Source: an uncultured Candidatus Rokubacteria bacterium (GTDB lineage: Bacteria; Methylomirabilota; Methylomirabilia; Rokubacteriales; DASRDR01). From it: 64,000 nucleotides of DNA. Positions 1 through 7,563 of the stretch are shown piece by piece (position 1 is the first letter of the stretch; each line of letters opens with the position of its first letter). The position numbers were made by a program, and so were the translations under genes. The stretch is taken from contig CAVPSB010000018.1 in NCBI GenBank assembly GCA_963708025.1, positions 96,001 to 160,000 on the forward strand, read 5' to 3'. Under the pieces are notes generated by a model. That model was not told the origin of the DNA. It saw only the letters and a list, made by a program, of their open reading frames with translations, and made no database searches.

Positions 1-1129
1 CCCGGCCACCAGGAGCTGCTCGACGCCTCGCGGCACCAGGGCGCGGTAGGGCGTGTAGTAATCCCGGCCGCGGCAGACCGTGTCGGGGAAGTGGCGCCGC
101 TGGAGCACGTCCTCCCTGGTCACGACGTACTCGCCCTGCAGGAGCCGCGTCTGCCGCACACCGAGCTGGGGCGCCGTATCGACCAGGTAGCAGTGCTGGA
201 ACCCCGGCAGCTGGGCCCGCGCGAACGCGACGAGGGCGGCGATCCGCCGCCGGCCCTCGAGCTCGGCGGCCGTGAGGTCCTCGACCTTGACGGCGTCGTA
301 GCCCGGCAGGTGGGGACAGTTGCACCAGACGATCCCCGGCAGCGGCGTCTTGAGCCACCACATGTCCCACGAGCCCACGAGGAGCCCCCGCGCCTGGCGG
401 TCGAGCTCGGCGTACTCTTCCGGGTGCTCGGCCTCGAATCGGAGCGCGGCCTCGGTGTCCACGCCGCCCAGCCGGAACACGGTGGTGACGATGTACGAGC
501 CCTGGACGTGCGGCGCGCCGGCGCGGGAGGCGACGTCGAGGTCGCCGGTGGCGTCGATGACGACGCTGCCCAGGAGCGCCTGGCGGCCGGCCTTGGTCTC
601 GACGATCACGCCCCGGATCCGTCCGTCCTCGACGATGGGCGCGGCGAACCAGCTGTGGAGACGCAGCTCGACGCCGGCCTCGCCGACCAGGTCGTTCGAG
701 ACACCGCTTCCAGCCGTCGGGGTCGAAGGCCACGGCGTAGACGATCGGCTGAGGCTTGCCGTGGGCGCGGAAGTCGTGGCAGCCCCAGCGCGCCCACTTC
801 CGCCAGACGTCCCACCCGACGCGGCGGTCCTCGGCCGGCGGCGAGACCGCGAGGCCCAGCTTCTCGAGCCGCTCGATGACCTCCCGGACGATCCCGGTCG
901 TCGTGATCTCCTCACCGTTGACCATGTCGTCCAGCACCAGGACCATCCCGCCCGACGCCATGCCGCCCAGATACCCGTAGCGCTCGACCAGGGCGACGCG
1001 GGCGCCGCTCCGCGCCGCCGCCACCGCCGCGCTCGTGCCCGCGGACCCGCCGCCGACCACGACCACGTCCCACTCCCCGACGATCGGGGTATCGCGGGCG
1101 ACCTCGGCGAGGGTCTTGTTCCCGGACAT
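1..1129 (-). CDS. FAD-dependent oxidoreductase (FAD_oxidored family); runs off the window; apparent +1 frameshift near 704
   Basis: Hand translation from ATG 1129 gives [37 protein letters not shown] (Rossmann motif). After removing one extra base near 704 it continues [11 protein letters not shown]...[21 protein letters not shown] upstream. Confidence 0.85.
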   Translation of the reverse strand, partial: MSGNKTLAEVARDTPIVGEWDVVVVGGGSAGTSAAVAAARSGARVALVERYGYLGGMASGGMVLVLDDMVNGEEITTTGIVREVIERLEKLGLAVSPPAEDRRVGWDVWRKWARWGCHDFRAHGKPQPIVYAVAFDPDGWKRCLERPGRRGRRRAASPQLVRRAHRRGRTDPGRDRRDQGRPPGAPGQRRHRRHRRPRRRLPRRRAARPGLVHRHHRVPAGRRGHRGRAPIRGRAPGRVRRARPPGAGAPRGLVGHVVAQDAAAGDRLVQLSPPAGLRRRQGRGPHGRRARGPAADRRPRRVRAGPAAGVPALLPGRYGAPARCAADAAPAGRVRRDQGGRAPAAPLPRHGLPRPGLLHALPRPGAARRRAAPGGR

Positions 1130-1160
1130 CGCTCAGTGCGCCTCCTCCGGCTTCCACGTC

Positions 1161-1271
1161 ACCTCCCGCCCACCCGTCCTTCGACGGCCTTCGGCCTTTG
1201 GCCCCCCTCTCCTTCCATTGGACGGCCTTCGGCCTTTGGCTGGGGGGAGGGGGGAGTCGGACACGCTCTCA
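1161..1271 (-). repeat. Family A intergenic palindromic repeat carrying two 22-nt modules
   Basis: Minus strand reads TGAGAGCGTGT-CCGACTCCCCCCTCCCCCC...GGGTGGGCGGGAGGT; matches six other copies. Confidence 0.85.
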
Positions 1272-2099
1272 TTGGGCCTCCCCCGGCTTCCACGTCACGA
1301 TCCGGCGCTCGACGAAGCCGATCACCGCGAAGAACACGACGGCCCACCCCGATGCGACGAAGATCGTGGCGTACAGGAGGGGCGAGCGGAAGTTGTGGGT
1401 GGCCTCGATGATGAGGGCGCCGAGCCCGAGGTCGGCGCCGATCCACTCGCCGACGATCGCGCCCAGCACCGAGGTCGTCGAGGCGATCTTCAGCGCCGAG
1501 AAGAGAAAGGGCAGCGAGCTCGGCACCCGGAGCTTCCAGAACACCTCGGCCCGGCTCGCCGAGAGCACGCGCATGAGCTCGAGGGACTGCGGGTTGACCG
1601 ACTGGAGGCCGCGCACCATGTTGGCGAGGGTGGGGAAGAAGCAGATGAAGGCGGCGATCACGACCTTGGAGGTCATCCCGAGCCCGAAGATCAGGACGAG
1701 GATCGGGGCCTTGGCCAGCACGGGGATGGTGTTGATGAAGACCGCGATCGGGTAGAAGGCCGCCTCCAGGCGCTTCTCGTGGACGAAGATCACGGCCACG
1801 AGGATCGCCACGGTGTTGCCGATGAGGAAGCCGACGAGGCTCTCGAGCGCGGTCGGCAGGAAGTTCCGGAGCAGGACCGGCAGCTCCGTGGCGAGCGTCC
1901 GGGCCACCTGGATCGGGGTCGGCGCGATGTAGATGGGCAGCCCGAAAGCCCAGGCGCCGAGCTGCCAGGCCGTCAGGAGGCCGAGGGCCGCGACGATCGG
2001 GGCGACCCGGTCGGAGCCACGACGGCGGCCGGCTCCGACGACGGGGGCGGGGGAGGCGGGCGCGGCGACGGTGTCGACGCGGCCCACGGCCGTCAGCAA
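1269..2099 (-). CDS. ABC transporter permease, NitT/TauT (SsuC-like)
   Basis: Multiple TM segments; WKLRVPSSLPFLFSALK and GAIVGEWIGADLGLG motifs. Confidence 0.92.
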   Translation of the reverse strand: MLTAVGRVDTVAAPASPAPVVGAGRRRGSDRVAPIVAALGLLTAWQLGAWAFGLPIYIAPTPIQVARTLATELPVLLRNFLPTALESLVGFLIGNTVAILVAVIFVHEKRLEAAFYPIAVFINTIPVLAKAPILVLIFGLGMTSKVVIAAFICFFPTLANMVRGLQSVNPQSLELMRVLSASRAEVFWKLRVPSSLPFLFSALKIASTTSVLGAIVGEWIGADLGLGALIIEATHNFRSPLLYATIFVASGWAVVFFAVIGFVERRIVTWKPGEAQ

Positions 2100-2872
2100 G
2101 TCTCCAGCAGCGCCCGGAGCTGCGCGGCGATGCGGACGAAGGCCGTCGTCTCGCGGATCTGGAGCGGCCGGGGGTACGGCAGGTCGACCGTCACCAGCTC
2201 ACGCACGCGGCCGGGATTGGTGGCGAGCACCAGCACCTGCTGGGAGAGGAACACGGCCTCCGGGATCGAGTGCGTCACGAAGACGATGGTCGTGCCCGTC
2301 TCCCGCCAGATCCGCAGGAGCTCCTCGTTGAGGCTGTCCCGGGTGATCTCGTCCAGCGCACCGAAGGGCTCGTCCATGAGGAGGAGGCGCGGCTCGGTGA
2401 CGAGGGCCCGGGCGATCGCGACCCGCTGGCGCATCCCGCCGGACAGCTCGTGCGGGAGCGATGCCTCGCGACCCGCGAGCCCGACCAGCCGGAGGAGCTC
2501 TTCCGGCGTCTGCCGTCCAGCGGTCTCCCCTCGGCGCGGTCCCACCTCCAGCGGGAGCCGGACGTTCTCGAGCGCCGATCGCCACGGCAGGAGCGTGGGG
2601 TCCTGGAACACGAAGCCGAGCTGGCGGGTGGCGCGTGCCATCGCCGGCGTCCCGCCGAGCACGGTGACCTGGCCCTCGGTCGCGGCCACCAGGTCGGCGA
2701 CCAGGCGGAGCAGGGTCGACTTCCCGCATCCGGAGGGGCCCAGGAGCGTCATGAACCCGCCCGCCGGGATGGCGACCGAGACCTTCTCCAGGGCCGTCAC
2801 CGCGCCCCGCTCGCTCGCGAAGCGGACGGTCGCGGCCTCCAGACGAACCGCCGGCTCCGCGGAGATTCCCAG
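2093..2872 (-). CDS. ABC transporter ATP-binding protein, NitT/TauT family (start uncertain)
   Basis: Walker A GPSGCGKS, LSGGMRQR signature, LLMDEPFGALD, VTH switch. Confidence 0.92.
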   Translation of the reverse strand: MGISAEPAVRLEAATVRFASERGAVTALEKVSVAIPAGGFMTLLGPSGCGKSTLLRLVADLVAATEGQVTVLGGTPAMARATRQLGFVFQDPTLLPWRSALENVRLPLEVGPRRGETAGRQTPEELLRLVGLAGREASLPHELSGGMRQRVAIARALVTEPRLLLMDEPFGALDEITRDSLNEELLRIWRETGTTIVFVTHSIPEAVFLSQQVLVLATNPGRVRELVTVDLPYPRPLQIRETTAFVRIAAQLRALLETC

Positions 2873-2877
2873 CGTGG

Positions 2878-3930
2878 CTACCCGATCTTGGGCCGAGCGG
2901 CCGCCGTCGCCTGGAGGATCGACTCCGTCATCACGTCGCTCACCTTCGGCGCCGGGCCCTTGAACTGGCCGAGCTCCTCGTAGACGCGGAGCTGACGCTC
3001 CCAGATGCCCGGCTCCATCGTGCCCCACCCCTTGGCGGCCGTGGTCTTGGTGAAGCTGAACCCGAGCACCGGCTTGATGCCCTCGAGCTCGCCTTCCCGG
3101 TTCAGGTTCGGGTACGCCTTGACGAGCAGGTCCACCGCCTTCTCCGGATTCTGGTGGGTGTACGCCCACCCCTTCGCGGCCGCCCGGATGAACGCGGCGA
3201 GCACGTCGGCGTGCTTCTGGATCGTCTCGTCGGTGGCGTAGTAGAGGTTCGCGTAGAGCTGGATGCCGTTGTCCCAGAGCCGCATGTCGACCCGGTCGGG
3301 CCCGATCGCCTTGAGGGCGGTCGTGTTGGTGAGCCATCCCGTGACGGCGTCCACCTGGCCGGTCATGAGCGGCGCCATCTCGCTGCCCATCACCACGACC
3401 TGCACGTCCGATTCCTTGATCTTGTGGTGCGCCAGGAGCGCCCGCAGCAGGATCCGCGCCGTGCCCTGGGTGCCGATCTTCTTGCCGATCATGTCCTGCG
3501 GCGTGCGGATCGGCTTCTTCGGCAGGGAGAAGTAGGTGAACGGGTGCTCCTGATAGCCGACGGCGACGCACTTGACGGGGATCCCGCCCGCGCGGGCCAG
3601 CATCAGGGACGGGCTGGAGGATAGATTGCCCACCTGCGCGGACCCTGCCGCCACGATCGCCACCCCCTCCACGTTCGGGCCGCCGGGCGTGATCTTGAGA
3701 TTGAGGCCCTCCGCCTCGAAATAGCCGAGGCTTCGGGCCACGATCTCGCCGATCTGCCCGTTGCTGACGATCCAGCCGAGCTGGAAGGTGACCTCGGTCG
3801 GCGCCCCCCGCGCGACCCGCGGCACGGAGAGGAGACCCCCGCCGGCCGCGAGCCCCCCGAGCAGGGCCATCGAGCGACCGAGCAGCTGGCGGCGAGTCAT
3901 GCCTGCGTCCATCCCGTTTCTCGAGCTCAT
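2878..3930 (-). CDS. ABC transporter substrate-binding protein, NMT1/THI5/SsuA-like, with Tat-type signal
   Basis: TRRQLLG twin-arginine motif; GYFEAEGLNLKITPGGP and PQDMIGKKIG motifs; GAGGAGG SD before ATG 3930. Confidence 0.9.
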   Translation of the reverse strand: MSSRNGMDAGMTRRQLLGRSMALLGGLAAGGGLLSVPRVARGAPTEVTFQLGWIVSNGQIGEIVARSLGYFEAEGLNLKITPGGPNVEGVAIVAAGSAQVGNLSSSPSLMLARAGGIPVKCVAVGYQEHPFTYFSLPKKPIRTPQDMIGKKIGTQGTARILLRALLAHHKIKESDVQVVVMGSEMAPLMTGQVDAVTGWLTNTTALKAIGPDRVDMRLWDNGIQLYANLYYATDETIQKHADVLAAFIRAAAKGWAYTHQNPEKAVDLLVKAYPNLNREGELEGIKPVLGFSFTKTTAAKGWGTMEPGIWERQLRVYEELGQFKGPAPKVSDVMTESILQATAAARPKIG

Positions 3931-4177
3931 GGCCTGGCCTCCTCGCTCCGGGTGCGGCTGCGGGATTCGGCCTAGAACATAGCCCGTTTCGCCAGCGAAG
4001 CCAAGCCGGCGGACCGACCTGCGGGCGCGCCCCTTGCGGTTCGGGAGCCCGCGCCCACCGTTGTCCTGGAGCTCGACTATCGACTGACCAGTACGCCTCG
4101 GGTCGAGACTGCGCCACGGCCTCCGTCGCACGGCCGTCCGGAATCTGGTACACTCGGGTGTCCCGGAAAGCCGAATC

Positions 4178-4255
4178 GGGGTCGTGGTGCAGCATGGTTA
4201 GCACACTGGCCTGTCAAGCCAGAGGCCGCGGGTTCAAGTCCCGTCGACCCCGCCA
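4178..4255 (+). tRNA. tRNA-Asp(GTC)
   Basis: Acceptor stem GGGGTCG/CGACCCC, anticodon arm CTGGC-CTGTCAA-GCCAG, T-loop GGTTCAAGTCC, encoded CCA. Confidence 0.97.
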
Positions 4256-4271
4256 TATCTGACCGGTACTT

Positions 4272-4304
4272 GCCAGGAGGCTGGGCCAGAGCCAGCCTCC
4301 TGGC
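4272..4304 (+). terminator. 13-bp hairpin downstream of tRNA-Asp
   Basis: GCCAGGAGGCTGG-N7-CCAGCCTCCTGGC perfect stem; no clear U-tract. Confidence 0.55.
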
Positions 4305-4325
4305 TGTACCCGGAAATGTCCCCGG
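4305..4325 (+). repeat. Tandem 9-mers, probable integrase arm-type sites (left end)
   Basis: TGTACCCGG-AAA-TGTCCCCGG; same motif and 12-bp period at 20585-20605. Confidence 0.65.
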
Positions 4326-4529
4326 TCAGCGTGGGTTCTCAGGTGGGGTGAGCCTTCGGGCGACGTCCCGCAAGTCGGCCGGACTCACGATGTGGTACCG
4401 GTCGAACACGCTCCGGGTACGGTGGCCGGTCACCGTCATGGCGACCCGCTCGGGCACTCCGGCGTTGACCAGGTTCCGGACGGCGGTGCGCCGGAAGTCG
4501 TGACGGAGCATCTTGGGCACGCCTGCCTT
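4326..4529 (-). pseudogene. Tyrosine recombinase/integrase C-terminal remnant
   Basis: [36 protein letters not shown] contains HxxR, GH and the catalytic Tyr; an in-frame stop lies just upstream and the N-terminal part is missing. Confidence 0.9.
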
Positions 4530-4685
4530 TTAAGATGAGGGGCTGAGCGTCCTCCGTTGTCTTAGTCCTTCTCGAATTAGCACTTTTCCCGACCGCCCGA
4601 CCCCCCGAATTTCCCAGCAGAACCCGAAAGTCACTCCGAAACCGTCAGCAAAACGTCAGCATGGTTCGGCCGGTTGTCGGAAATG

Positions 4686-4740
4686 TGGTGCCGGGAGCGG
4701 GAGTCGAACCCCCACGGGCGTTGCCGCCCACCAGATTTTG
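4686..4740 (-). other. 3' half of a tRNA-Leu (starts at the CAA anticodon); att-site remnant
   Basis: Reverse complement CAAAATCTGG-TGGGCGGCAACGCCC-GTGGGGGTTCGACTCCCGCTCCCGGCACCA has a long variable arm, T-loop and CCA; no 5' half. Confidence 0.85.
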
Positions 4741-4759
4741 TCCGGCCGTCGCCCAGTTC

Positions 4760-4996
4760 CTACTGCCTGGCTCCGACTAGGCGTCGGGGCGCGGGGTGTT
4801 GCGCCAAGAACTCGGCGAGCGCCTCGCGGACTACGTCGGCAAGCGACCGCCGTTCCGCGAAGGCGATCGACCGGAGCGCCTCATGCTGCCCTGCCTCGAT
4901 TGCGGCAAATAGCGTCACCGGCGCCTCTAGCTTCTTGTCGCCCCGTCGCGCCCTGCGGCGCGGGGCACGGACCCGAACCGCGCGCTCAGTCTTCAT
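4760..4996 (-). CDS. Ribbon-helix-helix (CopG-like) protein, possible antitoxin
   Basis: HEALRSIAFAERRSLADVVREALAEFL is a typical RHH pattern; overlaps the upstream gene. Confidence 0.75.
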   Translation of the reverse strand: MKTERAVRVRAPRRRARRGDKKLEAPVTLFAAIEAGQHEALRSIAFAERRSLADVVREALAEFLAQHPAPRRLVGARQ

Positions 4997-5372
4997 CGCC
5001 GCGCACCTCCTCCTCGATGATCACCAGGTGCTCGACCGGCCGTACGAATTTCAGGTAGATCGCTTTCTGCCGGAAGCGCGGCCGGAGGACGTCGCGTGCG
5101 TAGGCACGGAGCCACGCACGGCTTTCCTCCGTATCGGGCAGATCGACTTCCAGCAAGGCCAACACGTCCCGATCCACTAGCCCCTGGTCCCACCAGAACC
5201 CGCGCGGAGCGTCGTGGCGAAAGAGGAAGAGCGTGCCGCCACCAAACCTTGCGGCAAGCTCGTCGGCGGTGTCGAGAAACTTCGTCTCCTCCACCGACGC
5301 TCGTGCGCCAGTGGCGTCTGGGTTGTAGAAGAGGGGCAGCCGCAGGAGCACCGTTAGCCATCCAGACGCCAT
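4986..5372 (-). CDS. Hypothetical protein (128 aa) coupled to the RHH gene
   Basis: Protein-like composition (LPLFYNPD...ELAARFGGGT...RFRQKAIYL); GGGGAGGGG SD and extended -10 TGCTATTAT upstream. Confidence 0.75.
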   Translation of the reverse strand: MASGWLTVLLRLPLFYNPDATGARASVEETKFLDTADELAARFGGGTLFLFRHDAPRGFWWDQGLVDRDVLALLEVDLPDTEESRAWLRAYARDVLRPRFRQKAIYLKFVRPVEHLVIIEEEVRGDED

Positions 5373-5620
5373 CGCGGCCCCTCCCCGGCAGTTGACCTAT
5401 CATGCTAGCATAATAGCACACGGTCTCCGACCCGCCGAACAACATCGCGCGCTTCGCCGACGTCCCTCATCTCACCGGCCGGCTGGCGCTTTGCTGACGG
5501 AAATCACCGGCTTCGGCCCCAGACGCTTTGGCAGGAGCGTTCCATCCCTGCGTGCTAGGTTCGGAACGTAGTGGTAGTACCGTGTCACGAGCCGGCGCAG
5601 CTGGCCTCCAAGCTCTCGCT

Positions 5621-7216
5621 TCAGCGGGACATTCCCGCGCTTTGGCGTCCAACACCCCCGCTAGAGCCGGGTCCTCCGAGTAGCTCGCCAAGCTGCGTGG
5701 CCACATGGCCCTCATCCGCCCGCCCGAACGCGGCGGCGACGAAGCGGTCCGGACGGATCAGCACGAAGCGGCTCCCGGTGCCCAGGAATGTGGCCAGCCG
5801 GCCGTCGAGGTCAGCGACGCGCCGGAGATCGCGCCCGGGCGCACGGTCGCCCAGCACGATCGCCAGCCTCCGAGCGCCGATCCGGTCCCAGAGCGGATGC
5901 GTCAGCGTCGCGAACGGATCGTTGGCGGCCGGGTCGATCGCGAGCAGGGCGAAGCCTGCGCCGAGCAGATCGTCGAGCGGGACTTCGCGGCCGTCGCCAC
6001 TCAGGACGTTCGGCTGTGGCAGGGCCCGTCCGACCGCCGGCACGCGCTCGTCCAGGACGACGAGGCCGCCCCGACATGTCTGCTCGGGGCGGAACCGCAT
6101 CTCGGCCAGGTAGCGGTGCGAGCGCGGCCACCAATTGGCCGCGGCGATCAGGAGATCCCGGATCGTCGCGCGCAGGGGGCTGGTCGTCATCATGATCTTG
6201 CCCAGCCGGATCGACAACCGGATGATCGCCTCCGCGTAGGGCCGGCGCTCCGCCTCGTAGGTGTCGAGGAGCCGCGCCCCGGCGCCCCCACGCAGGGTCA
6301 TCACGAGCTTCCAGATCAGGTTATCGGCATCGCGGATGCCGGTGTTGAGCCCGGCCCCCGCGAACGGCGGCATCATGTGGGCGGCGTCCCCCAGCAGAAA
6401 GCAGCGCCCCGCACGCCAGCGCTCGGCGAGCAGCGCGTGAAACGTGTAGACGGTCCGCCGGCTGACGTCGCGCGGCTCGACCGGTCGGAAGGGCGCCAGC
6501 AGGGTGCGGACGAACTCGAAGGATGGATCCGCCTCGGCTTCACCGGGGAGGAGGAGAAACTCGTACCGGCAGCAGCCGTCGCGCCCAGGGACGATCACGT
6601 GGGGCCGCGCCGGGTCGCCATGATGCATCGCGAAGCGCTGATCGTGTGGGTCGTTGACCGTGTCGATCACGATCCATGGCTCCCGGAAGCTCGAGCCGGC
6701 CATTGTGAGGCCGAGCCGCGAGCGGACTGTGCTCCGCCCGCCGTCGCAGCCCAGGAGGAACTGGCAGCGAACCCGCTCGCCGCCGGCGAGCATGGCGGTC
6801 ACGCCGTCCGAGTCCTGCTCGAGCGCCTCGAACGCGGTCGAGAAGCGGACCTCGACCGTCTCGAACCGCCGGGCACAGGCGAGGAGGGTCCGCTCGAGCT
6901 CGGGCTGTTGGAAGGGATTCTTGACCGGGTGGCCGTTTCGTGGTGGCCAGATGCCGCGCGCGTAGGCAAGCAACTGGCCGCGCCTCCCGTAGTACTTCGT
7001 CCCCGTGCCCGGGAGGATGGTTGGGTAAATGGCCTCCGCAATGCCCGCGCGCTGCAGGGTGCGAAGTGCGACGTCGTCGATCGTGACCGCCTTCGGTTCG
7101 TCGCTCGTGGCCGGGTTCCGCTCGACCACCAACGTGTGGACGCCCACGCTTCCGAGCAGGATCGCCGAGACCAGGCCGGTGGGGCCCGCCCCGACGACCA
7201 GCACCCGCGGGTTCAC
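5621..7216 (-). CDS. FAD-dependent aromatic monooxygenase, MhpA-like
   Basis: VLVVGAGPTG, GCDGGRSTVR (DG motif), LLGDAAHMMPPFAGAGLNTGIRDA (GD motif), C-terminal LIRPDRFV. Confidence 0.92.
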   Translation of the reverse strand: MNPRVLVVGAGPTGLVSAILLGSVGVHTLVVERNPATSDEPKAVTIDDVALRTLQRAGIAEAIYPTILPGTGTKYYGRRGQLLAYARGIWPPRNGHPVKNPFQQPELERTLLACARRFETVEVRFSTAFEALEQDSDGVTAMLAGGERVRCQFLLGCDGGRSTVRSRLGLTMAGSSFREPWIVIDTVNDPHDQRFAMHHGDPARPHVIVPGRDGCCRYEFLLLPGEAEADPSFEFVRTLLAPFRPVEPRDVSRRTVYTFHALLAERWRAGRCFLLGDAAHMMPPFAGAGLNTGIRDADNLIWKLVMTLRGGAGARLLDTYEAERRPYAEAIIRLSIRLGKIMMTTSPLRATIRDLLIAAANWWPRSHRYLAEMRFRPEQTCRGGLVVLDERVPAVGRALPQPNVLSGDGREVPLDDLLGAGFALLAIDPAANDPFATLTHPLWDRIGARRLAIVLGDRAPGRDLRRVADLDGRLATFLGTGSRFVLIRPDRFVAAAFGRADEGHVATQLGELLGGPGSSGGVGRQSAGMSR

Positions 7217-7563
7217 GGCTCCGCCGGTATCCGGCCGGCCGCGCGCCAGGCGGCGCTCTGGCGAGCCGCCGCACGGCGGCGGCGGGCGGCGGCATGAGGG
7301 GGCCCGATACTCGGGGTGCCGATGAGGTCGGGCGGTGAAGCCACCATACGCTCCCTCTGGCTCACGATCATGGCGCCCCAGCATAGCTCAGGATGACCAC
7401 CGGCCAGTCGCGTCGGTGAACCCGGTCGCACGCGAGGGTGGCCGAAGGTCCGTGCGGCGCTGGTTGCTCTGGACGGTCGCAACCCTGGCCCCCCTCTTCG
7501 CGGCTCGTGCTAAGCTCGCAGTGGCGTCTCGGCCTGCACCGACCCGGGTTGTTGGAGGGGCGC

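Noticed and set aside
1180-1239. CRISPR array suggested by pairs or triplets of the 22-nt motif (also 47231-47290 and 63742-63895)
   Set aside because: Only 2-3 units per site, spacers of 16-61 nt that belong to the host repeat, and no cas genes or leader.
3931-4177. TPP riboswitch upstream of the NMT1/THI5-like binding protein
   Set aside because: No CTGAGA or other TPP aptamer core is visible on the minus strand, only generic GC hairpins.
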